From contig SMSO01000004.1 in NCBI GenBank assembly GCA_004764695.1, positions 186,001 through 250,000 of the forward strand: a stretch of 64,000 nucleotides of DNA, in the 5' to 3' direction. The DNA is from Schizochytrium sp. TIO01. Taxonomy: Eukaryota > Protista > Bigyra: Labyrinthulomycetes. Below, in pieces: positions 1-10,379 of the stretch. The notes under the pieces were generated by a model. It worked only from the letters and a program-made list of their open reading frames with translations. It made no database searches and had not been told where the DNA came from. Positions within the stretch are counted from its first letter, which is position 1. The number at the start of each line of letters is the position of its first letter. A program made the translations under genes and the position numbers.

Positions 1-1
1 A

Positions 2-967
2 ATGCGCATTAAACAGCAAACAGGTCGCGATTTGTCTTCCTTCCAAGACGGTGAGGACAGCGGAACCACATCCTTGTTAGGTATTGTGCAATCACTGCCC
101 GAACTTGAGAAGAAAAAGGCCACCCAGCTTAAACACGCCGAGGTGCTTATTGCTACTATGGGCGTTGTCTCTCGTCGCAAGCTTCACATGTATGTAGAGC
201 CAGAAGAGCAAATGGTGTTTTCCCAGTATGCTGATAAAAAGACTGTTTTGCAACTTGCATCAGACCCGCAATTGTCCTTGGAAGACAAGGTTCGCTTTCT
301 GGCAGTTTACATTTTGTACACGTCTCCGTCTCAGCAAGATGTTGAAGAGGTTAAGCAAGCCATTGTTACATCTAGCGAGAATGAGAATCTTGAGGCAGCC
401 AAACGCGAGGAGCTCATGCATGCGCTCGAGTACGTCCGTAAAATTCTTTCTCTCACACGATTTGGCGCCGGGGGGGCTGGTGCAAGCGATCCTGGTTCAT
501 CACAGACGCAGCCAGGAGGCAACTTTTGGGACATTGCTAGCCTCACCAAAACAGCGCTGCACAACGCCAGCCGTCAAGTCAAAAGCATGGTGGCAGGAAA
601 CAAGGTTATGGGTGCTGTCCGTCTTATGGACCTTGCCTGTCGCGAGGTCTCAACGGAGGCTCAAGTTGCTGAACAAGATCAGCAACTCTTGTACATGGAC
701 CCCAAGGTCAAAGGCGAAGTCCCTCCTAACTCAAGGATACGGGCGGGATTTAACCGCGGCATTCTTTTCGTCGTTGGTGGTGGTTGCTTCTCGGAATACA
801 ATAACCTGCAGGATTATGCCTCTGGAAAGCTTACGGTGAAGTCCTCTCTCCCGCTCGGTGTAACCTCTAGTTCTGCAGGCCGCGCCAATAAGACCTATAT
901 CTACGGCTGCTCCGAACTTGTCAATGCTTCTCGCTTTATGCAACAGCTAGCAAAATGCATGAATTAA
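2..967 (+). CDS. SLY1: Sec1/Munc18 family protein, Sly1/SCFD1 type (5' partial)
   Basis: SLPELEKKKATQLKH, EDKVRFLAVYIL, LYMDPK, ILFVVGGGCFSEYNNLQ and YIYGCSELVNASRFMQQL match the C-terminal half of Sly1-type SM proteins; the ORF runs off the window edge. Confidence 0.88.
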   Translation: MRIKQQTGRDLSSFQDGEDSGTTSLLGIVQSLPELEKKKATQLKHAEVLIATMGVVSRRKLHMYVEPEEQMVFSQYADKKTVLQLASDPQLSLEDKVRFLAVYILYTSPSQQDVEEVKQAIVTSSENENLEAAKREELMHALEYVRKILSLTRFGAGGAGASDPGSSQTQPGGNFWDIASLTKTALHNASRQVKSMVAGNKVMGAVRLMDLACREVSTEAQVAEQDQQLLYMDPKVKGEVPPNSRIRAGFNRGILFVVGGGCFSEYNNLQDYASGKLTVKSSLPLGVTSSSAGRANKTYIYGCSELVNASRFMQQLAKCMN

Positions 968-1608
968 TGAGTGTAGAGTCATTTTTAGTTGTTTATCGCA
1001 ATCCTATGTTTACTCTTCATCTACTATAAACATTTAGATTTCTAAAAGACACAAGCAAAGCAATTTGCACTTACTTATCGAAAGATTTTTATTCTTTCTT
1101 TACAAATACATGTAATATTGACGCATTATTTTTTTCGTTCCCAAGGTTGAAAGTTTCAGAAACTAACAATGTGCATATCTTCATTTAGTTTCTAGTTGAC
1201 TAGTACTAGGGCCTAATACGAGTATTGTTATTTTCTTTAGATGCCTGGCGGATAAGTGGAATGAATACTACATGTAGCCTAGGTTGACTTATTTCGATCC
1301 ATTCCTAACATTTTGAATCCCAAACAATATTGCACATTTCAGAAAGAAAATTGTACACTATATCCCACAAGTTTATTTTCTAGTTTATTTTGAAATTACA
1401 CATGGATTACTGCGAAAGGTCGTGAATATCTTAATATAATGTGAGTAGGTGCCATACTGGTTTTCTTCACTGCTTCAATTATGAAAGTGAAAGTGGATTT
1501 ATATTCAAGCGTTTCATTCGAATGTATATAGAGTACCATTTTTTTTAAAACTTATTCTTAACAGTGAATACTGCATGGAGCTAGTAGGTCTAGTCACAGT
1601 ATTTCAAC

Positions 1609-2709
1609 TTATTGGTATTCCTCTCGTTCTAACTCAGCATTTTGCTCTTCAATCGACAGGGCGATTGCACCAAGGCCCTGGCCAACAAACAATTCGTCTA
1701 GAGCTCGGTTTCCACCCCAACCTCCATAAAGAATGATCTGGTCTGCGGCCATGGAGATACTCTGCCCATAGAGGTCGTCGGGGCAGTTGCCGAAAAATTG
1801 TGGAGAGAACCATTCTAATTTTTCTGTATCCAGCGCAATAATTCGGTCAGCCCGAATTGGATTTTTAATACGCTTTCCAACTCCATCATTAGCTTCAGCT
1901 TCGAGGCGCTTTCGCTTATCTTTACGCAGAATAAAACCTCCAATACAGATCATATATTTGCCTAGCATTGTTGAGGCAAAATACATGCGAGGATCAACGA
2001 CATCACCAGCGATGTGGGGTCTTGTCCAAACCATAGTTTCAATGTCAAGAGACCACACGTCATTTTGATATGATGGATATCCGTCTTCATTCATAATGGA
2101 GCCAGCAAAAATAATGATACGTCCATCAAATGTCAGTTCCATGGAATGACCTTGCCTTGCAGAAGGCGCTCGGCCTGACGTCCGGGGCTCCATCCATGTA
2201 TTAGTTGCAGTATCAAAGATCCACATATCTCCGAAGCACTGTACGCCATCCCACCCACCAAAGATAACGATTTTATCCCCAACGAGGGTTTGAGCATGGT
2301 TAAAGCGAGGCCGAGGTCCTTTATTTGTTGCTGAAACTTCGACCCAACACCATGTGAGAGTGTCCAAGTAGTAAACATCGTTGTAAAGTTTCCCGTTTGG
2401 ACCACTGCCTCCAAATATATACATACGATCCCCTACAACAGACGCACGGTGACCGTAGCGGGGTGTTGGGGCATGGCCGCCTGTTTTAACCTTGTGCCAA
2501 GTATTGGTCTCCAGGTCTAGAGCCATGGTATCATTGTAATATTCAAATTTACCCTTTCCACCATAGCAATGCCCGCCAAAAAACAACAAATCTGTGCCAA
2601 CAACTACTGCTGCATGTCCACCACGAGCACTGACACGTCTTCCCTCTGTCTGCGGCTTCCGCCACTTTAGCACAGCCTCATCAGGCTTAATCTGTGTTTT
2701 TTCACTCAT
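1609..2709 (-). CDS. Kelch-repeat beta-propeller protein (RABEPK/KLHDC-like)
   Basis: About six repeats of P-x-x-R-x-x-H...hhFGG...ND/D-h-W-x-h-D...W, e.g. PTPRYGHRASVVGDRMYIFGG and PRPRFNHAQTLVGDKIVIFGGWDG. Confidence 0.9.
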   Translation of the reverse strand: MSEKTQIKPDEAVLKWRKPQTEGRRVSARGGHAAVVVGTDLLFFGGHCYGGKGKFEYYNDTMALDLETNTWHKVKTGGHAPTPRYGHRASVVGDRMYIFGGSGPNGKLYNDVYYLDTLTWCWVEVSATNKGPRPRFNHAQTLVGDKIVIFGGWDGVQCFGDMWIFDTATNTWMEPRTSGRAPSARQGHSMELTFDGRIIIFAGSIMNEDGYPSYQNDVWSLDIETMVWTRPHIAGDVVDPRMYFASTMLGKYMICIGGFILRKDKRKRLEAEANDGVGKRIKNPIRADRIIALDTEKLEWFSPQFFGNCPDDLYGQSISMAADQIILYGGWGGNRALDELFVGQGLGAIALSIEEQNAELEREEYQ

Positions 2710-3340
2710 GGTCTTGGTTGCTGCACCTGCAGATCTTTCCAGACTGCCCCGGCAACACCTTTTGCTGTAAATCAGTCACCAGGAAAAGCGTTTGCCTCGA
2801 GCAAAGTTATACACGGCTTCGAGTTGCTAAAGGTTCGCCGTTCTCGTACCCTATAGCGTTCGCTCTCTCTTGCATTTGCATCGACTTATTTATTTGATGT
2901 ATTTCTGGGCGTTCTGCTTTAAAAGGTCTAACGGATCCTTTTTTTTTTATGATATCCAACCTCCACTTTTTAACAAAGGCCTGGATAATTATAATATATC
3001 ATTTATGTGGAATAGACATTACCATGTGGAGGCCCCAGGTGGTTTGCTTGGCTGAGTCCATTTCCAATTTTCAGGTATATATTTTGCCCCCACCTGACCA
3101 TGTCCTGGATAGTCCTAAAACATCCATTGGAGTGTTGATACTCTCGATTTGATGCAAAATCCCGCTTCAATAAGTTGGAGGGGCTCTTTCCAAACATTTA
3201 CTTTAACACGTATACGTAGTAGTAGCTGAGGTAGGTATTATATACAAGTAAGTAGCCTTTTTTAGTCTTATTGAGGCGGCGGGCCACTGAGTCTGAGACC
3301 ATGCGTGCAATTCCATATTGCAGTACATCTGGAGAGGCCC

Positions 3341-4076
3341 ATGGCTTGCCCAGAATGTGCGACGCCTTCGCTTGTAGTTATTATATCGTCTATGCTGGGT
3401 CTGAGCCTACTAGTGGTTGCTCGCCAGCGCTCAAAGAATGCTTGGACAGAGGCAGAGATGTCGTCATCTTGGAATGGCAACGATCTCCCTGAAACTCCAA
3501 CACTGTCCGAACACGTTGCGGACAATGATGATCTGTAAGTGGAACATGAAGGACGTCATCCAGAAGCTGTATCACTTGGTCGGAAACTAATCAGAAAAGA
3601 AAATCAACTGGCATCTGTGGTTGACTTTACTCATGTTCAATATATTAAAAATAAGCAACAGGTTTGACGCATGGTTCCCCTTGCAAGACAAACTTGGAAT
3701 TTTAGTGACGGAACCTGAGTTTGAGCAAGTTCAAGATTATGGAACTGCTTCGCTTCGTGCAGCAGCCTGGAACCTTTGCCTCGCCGATGCAACAAAATCA
3801 ATGCGGGTCCTTGAAGTCGGAGGCGGAAATGGAGCTCGTTTGGGGCAACTCAAGCGTTACAATGCGCTCATCGAAGCCCAAGTTGTGAAGACTGCTCTTC
3901 CAGCAGACCTAAAAGGTTTGCCAGGACAAGCCTTTGATGCTGTAGCAATGTGGTACCAGTTGAACCCGGCGATGGATCAAGCCTCCTACGAAAACACCTT
4001 CCAAGCCATCTTCAATCGACTTGTGCCTGGAGGATGGTTTTTTGGTGAGTTTCTTGTCGCTCCCCAAAGACAATGA
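3341..4076 (+). CDS. Membrane-anchored class I SAM-methyltransferase-like protein (exons 3341-3534 and 3662-4076); probably continues into the Nudix ORF
   Basis: ATG 3341 and a hydrophobic anchor (LVVIISSMLGLSLLVVA). Intron GTAAGT 3535 to CAG 3661 joins in frame (CT|G). Methyltransferase-like motifs MRVLEVGGGNG, FDAV and RLVPGGWF follow. Confidence 0.65.
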
Positions 4077-4831
4077 ATGTACCAGAGCAAAATGGAAAAA
4101 GTAATCTGGATAATCAGATGTTTGAGCATAAGGAAAGGCAAGATAGCAATTTTTTAACTGGAGAAGAATTGCGTAGTTTGTTACAGAAGGTGCATTTTCA
4201 AGACGTTGTCATCGTACCGCTTTCGAAAAGCTGGAAACTCGCTGTGCAGGTAGCACACTCATTGAAAGGTCTACCATCATTCTATCGAGAGCTTGTGCTA
4301 CAGGAAGAGCTTGAAGGTGTACGCATCTTATGTCGACGCAATGGTGTCGAGATGACCTATAAGGCAAGTCAGGATCGTCAGCTGGCACCGGACGGAGCGT
4401 ATCTCCGTGCTGCATGTCTCTGTATTCGGCAAACATCGAAAACCCCTGGGAGATACCAAGTCTTACTTGTTCGCAGGCGCAGCAAAGGCAGAAACAAATG
4501 GTCACTACCTGGTGGAGGGCTTGAGCCTGGCGAGAGGCCTTGCGACGCGGCTGTACGTGAGGCCTACGAAGAGGCTGGAGTAATAGGGACTCTGGGGGCT
4601 TGTCTGGGCGAGTTTTCAAATATTAGCAAGAAGTCAAACAAGGTCAGCCGTACCACCGCCTTCGTTTTTCACACCTCTGAGTTTCTTGACGATGGTCTTT
4701 GGCCAGAATCTCTTTTGCGCGCAAGACAGTGGTTCAATCTGGAAAGTGAGAGATTAGAACAGATCATTGATAAATCACATGATCTTGCGATTGCTCAGAA
4801 CGCCATTCGCCATCTTTCTTCGTCTCAGTAG
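4073..4831 (+). CDS. Nudix hydrolase, diphosphoinositol-polyphosphate phosphohydrolase (DIPP/NUDT3-4) type, preceded by a methyltransferase-like C-terminal segment
   Basis: Nudix box GGGLEPGERPCDAAVREAYEEAGV plus DIPP-type PDGAYLRAACLC and WPES..RARQWF. Upstream LTGEELRSLLQKVHFQDVVIVPLS resembles a methyltransferase C-terminus. Confidence 0.85.
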   Translation: MNVPEQNGKSNLDNQMFEHKERQDSNFLTGEELRSLLQKVHFQDVVIVPLSKSWKLAVQVAHSLKGLPSFYRELVLQEELEGVRILCRRNGVEMTYKASQDRQLAPDGAYLRAACLCIRQTSKTPGRYQVLLVRRRSKGRNKWSLPGGGLEPGERPCDAAVREAYEEAGVIGTLGACLGEFSNISKKSNKVSRTTAFVFHTSEFLDDGLWPESLLRARQWFNLESERLEQIIDKSHDLAIAQNAIRHLSSSQ

Positions 4832-4936
4832 TGTTATGGTACATGCAAATTTCTATTTGATGTATCTATATAGAGCAGGAGAGCGGTGGCCTTTCTCAAC
4901 CTACCTCGATTTAAAATGTCTCATAATTTCATTTGA

Positions 4937-6316
4937 TCATGAATCTTTCATTGTGACTTCATCATTGTCCAAAGGCTCCTCTGCGATAATTTCTGGTTCT
5001 TCCCTGAGGTGAAGGAGCTCGGGCTTGCAAAAAGACTTTGCAAACCTTCGCTTCACGTACGGTGCCAGTAGATCTTTAACCTGAGCTCGCTCAATTCGGA
5101 TCACAAATTGTCCCTTAAGGTGATAAATAAGTGACAATGATTGCATCGTGCTAAGGATGTCCTCCGATTTGATCCCCGTAGCAAGGCTAAGTGCGTCTAA
5201 AGTTAATCCACTAAGATCATCATCAGACATCATGCTGAAATACTCCAAGAGAACGTACGTCCAGTAAGTCCGATAGCTCAGTTTGCCCAAATCAGAAAGA
5301 GGCTTTTCAGGGCTGCCAATTTCTTTCCGCCGCTTTGTCACTTCGTATGATAATGAAATAATAAATTTACCGTACCCTTTGCGTTGGAATGGAGGCAGAG
5401 TCACAATGCACGCCAAGTTGTAATTTTCCTTAGATTCCTTCTCTTTGCTGAAGTAGCCAACAGGGTGGAGCCCCTCGTCATCCTCTTCATAGAGAACATA
5501 GAAATAGAATGGTGTTGGATCAAAAGACAGAGTCTTGTGCTCAATGAAGAGTTTCCCAAATAAACAGAGGCTTTCGCCAAAGAGTTCCTCTTTTGATCCC
5601 TCAATCTCATATACGCAGATACTGCGTTCAGTGTCACGATAAATCAGCTCGCCTGGAGGTTCTCGCTTCACCCCTGCATGGGCATCTAGATATTCCTCGT
5701 AGCCCTTTCGCGTTGCAAAATACTTAAAGGTAGTTTCACATATGTAAAGCTTGTCGCACTTGCCGAAGTCGCCCGGGTACGGACTGTAGTACCAGCACTC
5801 GATTTCGTGTTTGCCAAGTTGCACACGATTGATGTTGCGCACTTTAGTGACCTCATGAAATTGATCCGACCTTGTCCGCTTGCGGTGTGAATCCTCCTCA
5901 ACTACATTATGAGAAGTTCCAGCAGTAGAGTCCCTATGGTCTCGCCTCTTGCGATCTGATCGCGGAACTGGCAAGATTACGCGCTCGCCAAGTCGATCTT
6001 GAGGCACCCAAGTGTCGAGGCGGCGATCGAGCTCCACGAAGTGAACGTAGAACTCGTCTTCACCAGCCAAGGACCTGCGAATTTGGACCACTGTGGCAGG
6101 ATGAACGACTGAATCTTCGCCACTGAAGCGTGTACACAGGTACGTCCCGCCCACTTGGATCTCGCAGACATCGCTGTTTGGCTCTTCTCCTGCTGCAGGC
6201 GAAGATATACCATTTGCGGTATCATCGTGGCCACCTTCAGCGACTTCGCGAGCCTCAGCTGAGCTTGGAGCACTGTTCTGTGAGGGAGAAGACGACACGC
6301 CGGAGGGGGCTCCCAT
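4937..6316 (-). CDS. MYST-family histone acetyltransferase (KAT8/MOF-Esa1-Tip60 class) with N-terminal chromo/Tudor-knot domain
   Basis: FYVHFVELDRRLDTWV (chromobarrel), TKVRNI, WYYSPYP, KLFIEHKTL, GYFSKEK, NLACIVTLPPFQRKGYGKFII and GSPEKPLSDLGKLSYRTYW; first ATG at 6316. Confidence 0.96.
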   Translation of the reverse strand: MGAPSGVSSSPSQNSAPSSAEAREVAEGGHDDTANGISSPAAGEEPNSDVCEIQVGGTYLCTRFSGEDSVVHPATVVQIRRSLAGEDEFYVHFVELDRRLDTWVPQDRLGERVILPVPRSDRKRRDHRDSTAGTSHNVVEEDSHRKRTRSDQFHEVTKVRNINRVQLGKHEIECWYYSPYPGDFGKCDKLYICETTFKYFATRKGYEEYLDAHAGVKREPPGELIYRDTERSICVYEIEGSKEELFGESLCLFGKLFIEHKTLSFDPTPFYFYVLYEEDDEGLHPVGYFSKEKESKENYNLACIVTLPPFQRKGYGKFIISLSYEVTKRRKEIGSPEKPLSDLGKLSYRTYWTYVLLEYFSMMSDDDLSGLTLDALSLATGIKSEDILSTMQSLSLIYHLKGQFVIRIERAQVKDLLAPYVKRRFAKSFCKPELLHLREEPEIIAEEPLDNDEVTMKDS

Positions 6317-7093
6317 TGTCTCGCGAAATCTAAGAGAGCTGAGCACGCGCAAAATTAGGTAACTGCAAACTGGTGAGTTTTCACTCTTGAAAGGTGTTTA
6401 ATAAATTAATTATTTCCATTGTTCCAGAGGAAGTCGAACACTGTGCAATAAGAAAAGTGGCATTGGCTTTATGCTTGCTTAGGAGCTCGATTTGATCTGC
6501 AAGGCTTGTAAGAATCAAGTCAGAGACAAACTTGGCAATCGTACCAGTTAAATATAAATTGGAGTTTGGTCCTTATGTCAAGCTTTTTCTCGCAAAATAT
6601 CAAAATCAGAGTAAATAGGCTACTTCTCTAAAATGGCAGTAGTATTTTAAAAAATGGAAACTATCCAACTTATAACCTGACAGTCGGATTCTACATAGGT
6701 TTGTTAAGGCAATAATTCAACGAAACAAGTATTGCGATGCTAGATAAAAACAACATAATGCGGGATTGAATCGATAAATTTATTGAAATATTCTGGTTGT
6801 TACTTGTCAACATTCCGGCCTTGTTGAGCCCGACCTCTGGTGGTCTCAATTCCTCCCGACCAGTTCGCAGCAACACATGGCAGCTCTCGGTAAATGGAGA
6901 GACTAACATCTGCACACGTGAGCTCCAGCTTCGCATCAAGCATTGGTACTCCTTTGTGGTTTTATTATCTAGTATCACAATTCTTGTTTCTCTAACCGTT
7001 GCTTTACCAATCTTAAGTAGAATCTGAAGATTAATTATTGACGAATTATGTTGTTCTAATTTAGTACCGCCGATATGCAAATGTTGTTGGTCT

Positions 7094-8308
7094 TCAATAA
7101 ATAATGTCGCTTTCACTGTAGTAGCCTTTATCTTGGCCCTCAGGATCCGCTCCATTTTTGGGTACCATGGAAAATCTCATTAGGCTGAATCCAACGCTGC
7201 GGACCTCGAGAGTTTTGTCTTCTTCATTGATACGAAAAAAATCGGGGCGCGTCTCAGCTAGGAAAGGTCCATAGTCCGCGGCTAGCTCGTGGCTCTTTCG
7301 GGCCAAACTTTCAAGTATAAGATCATGTTCCTGCTCTGAGACTCCAGGAATAATGGTGGACAACGGTTGCGTATAACAATCGAAGCCATGATTGCGGGGG
7401 TCTCTCGCGCGAGAAACATCTGTCCGGCCATAGGGGTCTCTCGCGCGAGAAACATCTGTCCTTAGATATAACAGCAGGCTACGACGCTCCGCAGCAATAG
7501 TGACTATGCTATGCGGGAAACCACTAGAACCGCAGTATGGCGAACCTATAGGATAAACGCTCACACGATTCGCGACAACGTCAACAAGTCCGGCATTGCA
7601 GTATTCCCCAACCCAGACGATTGAGCCATTGGCTTCGTAACCGAGTGGTTCCAGAACCCGCAAACAAACATAATGTAACCAAGCTTCTGGTAAAAGAAGC
7701 TTTGAAGCACCATCTTCTGTGTCTTCAGGGGCCTCATCATTGTATCTTGCCATCAAACATGGACAGCCTAGTTCTTTATCAATATGCATTCGAATTGCTG
7801 GGTAAGTGAACATTGCGTACGGCCGCGGTGAATAGACCTCGTTCCTTTCTCTGGCCCACTCTGCGGCCCACTCAGGCACAACTGCAGCATGTTTTGGTAA
7901 GGCTTCTTTTGCCAGCTTTTGTGCTGCAGCGTAGTCGCAGACATAACCTGTATAAACTCCTCTCTCATTATCTTTCCCACGAAAGTGATTTTGTAACTCA
8001 GAAACGACTTTTGTGATGTCGCAGAACTCGTCATTTGGATCCTCAAACCCCTGAGCACCAGATGGTCTATCACGTGTAACATATTCCACCAAGTTGCGTG
8101 TTTCATCATCGATTGGTGGAAGAAGGTGTTGGTTGTCCACAACAGCATTATGTAGCATTGTACAAGTTGCATATAGTTGCTTAAGTGCCCTTGGGCTCAT
8201 TGCTGCATAGCCAACAATTGATTCCCAAATGTCAATGGGCAGCCTTGGTGGGCTTCCTTGTTTCTCCACAGCGTCTTTCTTCTTCTTGACATTGCCTTTT
8301 TTTCCCAT
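7094..8308 (-). CDS. Hypothetical protein with N-terminal F-box-like motif
   Basis: About 400-aa ORF; RLPIDIWESIVGY...LKQLYATCTMLHNAV fits the F-box pattern LP-x-E/D-I...V/T-C. Start taken at MGKKG (ATG 8308). Confidence 0.55.
   Translation of the reverse strand: MGKKGNVKKKKDAVEKQGSPPRLPIDIWESIVGYAAMSPRALKQLYATCTMLHNAVVDNQHLLPPIDDETRNLVEYVTRDRPSGAQGFEDPNDEFCDITKVVSELQNHFRGKDNERGVYTGYVCDYAAAQKLAKEALPKHAAVVPEWAAEWARERNEVYSPRPYAMFTYPAIRMHIDKELGCPCLMARYNDEAPEDTEDGASKLLLPEAWLHYVCLRVLEPLGYEANGSIVWVGEYCNAGLVDVVANRVSVYPIGSPYCGSSGFPHSIVTIAAERRSLLLYLRTDVSRARDPYGRTDVSRARDPRNHGFDCYTQPLSTIIPGVSEQEHDLILESLARKSHELAADYGPFLAETRPDFFRINEEDKTLEVRSVGFSLMRFSMVPKNGADPEGQDKGYYSESDIIY
7397..7461. repeat. 36-nt-period tandem duplication inside the CDS (RTDVSRARDP twice)
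   Basis: ggggtctctcgcgcgagaaacatctgtcc at 7397-7425 and 7433-7461; each copy contains the palindrome TCTCGCGCGAGA. Confidence 0.95.
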
Positions 8309-9178
8309 TCCGTCGTCTTTCTGAGACAAGACTTGACGTCGCCGCTCAACAACTCGCTTGAATTTACGGGGGGTTATCTTGACCCGGCTATTGTAATAAA
8401 ATATCTGCATTATTCCGCCGGGTTGTAGAAAGAAGGATTGCTGCTCGTTGATCTCGTAACACTAACTAACACCTTGGTCACGTCCTGATGCTGATTTTTC
8501 TGTTTTTGACGTTTGCCTGTTTTGGTTTTGCTTTTGCAAATATCCGAGTCTGTTTTCATTCAATCAATCCAAATAGGTACCTTACGAATATGGACACAAT
8601 ACCCACTGCGCAATCTCGACCGAACTTGAAGTACGCTTTTGCTCTTAAAACTTCCTAACTACTATACAAACACGAACGACTCAGTGTCTTGGCTAAATGG
8701 AGTTGCTCCTGAGAGTGTGAACGACTGCTAGATGTATTGGTAGACACACCTACTAGATTTATCAACTATTTTACATTCACAAAATTCTCAATTAAAACAA
8801 AAATTAGACAGCCTCTCTGACGAGATGACTGGTGAGAGTGGCGCTACCATGATAATGTGCTCTCCCCGGTCAGAGGTAGCTCCTTGCAACAATCAAGTTG
8901 CAAGAAAACCCAAGCGAAAACAATCTCTCATGATGACAATTAGAGACAAGAGAGCTCGCGGCGTACACAAAGAAAATTCGCACAGACAATTTGGAGATCT
9001 ACTTTCCCTATGAACACTGCCACGCAGAGTGAACTCTACACATTCCCAGCATGATCATGACCGCCGCGTTCTTGAGCCTCCGAAGTCTACTAACTTACTT
9101 ACGTCAAGTGCCTGGCTGGTGTTGACTTTCAGCCAATCAGTCAAGCAAGATTAGTAGAAGAAGGTCCGCGTCTCGCTG

Positions 9179-9550
9179 TCACAATAATCCACAATCATCT
9201 GCACGTGAAAAACCCATATTGTGTACCGCAACGCGAACGTGGGTCGCTTGACGGCGGTTCCGCAACGCGAGATCGAGCCTCGACCTTTCCAAAGAAAGCA
9301 AGTTTATGGTGGACTCGCCATCGATACCAACCGTTCGGCCCTGCAACAGAAGCAGGTCTGCTGTCGAAGCAGAGTCAGTCTTCACGATATCCAGCACCTA
9401 GAGCATCCTGCACGTGCCAGAGATGGACAAGAAAGATGCATGTGATGGATCATCCAAGCGTTGCAGAACCAGGCGAGCGAGCGCGTGCACAATCGAGCGG
9501 TTGTTGGAAGAGGCAGCAACCGCGAAACAAACAATGTCCTCGTGACTCGG
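9179..9550 (-). pseudogene. Possible decayed coding fragment with in-frame stop
   Basis: One minus-strand frame reads PSHEDIVCFAV...IVHALARLVLQRLDDPSHASFLSISGTCRML*VLDIVKTD...DDCGLL, broken by a single TAG and flanked by stops. Confidence 0.25.
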
Positions 9551-9737
9551 AGAGCTGATACATTACATAATACGGTAAGCGTTGAAGACGAATTGGCATT
9601 TGCAAGAAGGTGAGGATGGGCGACCCTAGCCTAGGCAGGGATTGATTAGTACGCAGCACGTGAGGGGAACGAGGACGATGTTGTTTTCGAGGCGTTCCAG
9701 CTACGAAATGCCTGAGGGCACATGGGTTCGGGAACCC

Positions 9738-9786
9738 ACCTACCTATACCTACCTACCCCTACCTACCTTCCTACCTACCTTCCTA
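9738..9786. repeat. Imperfect (ACCT)n microsatellite
   Basis: cacctacctatacctacctacccctacctaccttcctacctaccttccta. Confidence 0.85.
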
Positions 9787-10303
9787 GCTGCGAGGATTGG
9801 ACGTGGACAATTGTAGTTGAGGAGAGCAAATCAATTAAATTAATCGAGCGCAAACAAAATTGTACAAGGTCCTCAGGAATATGGCAGAGAACAGGACGCC
9901 GCGCAGAAAACCTTGCCTTTTCTTGGAGAAAAGATCAGCCGAAGGAGACGTTTGAAGTGGACGCCAACGTATAGATAGAAATCTCAGAAGGAGAAATTCA
10001 AGTCAAATCTAGCGTAGAAGTCAACGTTAAATTTCAAAGTTTGTCAGAGACACGGGACATTATGATTCATGATGATTTTTACATCCCAGCAACTCGAATC
10101 GAATCTAGCAAGAGTAGTCAAGAATGACCATCTAAATGATTGATCCGTTAATTAGATTTAACACAATAGTATTATTCATACCATGGTATCAGATACTACA
10201 TCAAATCTGAATGGCCAAGCAAAATACTGAGCAAAACATTGGCGATAGCCAATCACTACGCACGAATAATCGATTGCGGAAGCTCCCAAGCGGGAAGTTG
10301 GAG

Positions 10304-10333
10304 GAGCTTGAGCTTGAGCTTGAGCTTGAGCTT
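10304..10333. repeat. (GAGCTT)5 hexamer repeat
   Basis: Five perfect gagctt units upstream of the LRR-IQ gene. Confidence 0.9.
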
Positions 10334-10379
10334 GGTGGATGGAGGAGATCGCAAGTGAAGTGCGGCAGACGCCTCAACA

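Noticed and set aside
2950-3250. Possible retroelement remnant between the Kelch and methyltransferase genes
   Set aside because: Only a vague short peptide resemblance; no RT/integrase motif or terminal repeats.
4060-4076. Programmed -1 frameshift at CCCAAAG
   Set aside because: The heptamer is not in the X XXY YYZ register of the upstream frame; an indel or intron is more parsimonious.
9300-9360. LLQGRTVGIDG resembling the XPG/FEN1 N-terminal motif
   Set aside because: No other nuclease acidic motifs and the frame closes soon after.
9738-9786. Telomere-like repeat
   Set aside because: The unit is ACCT, not a TTAGGG-type repeat; ordinary microsatellite.
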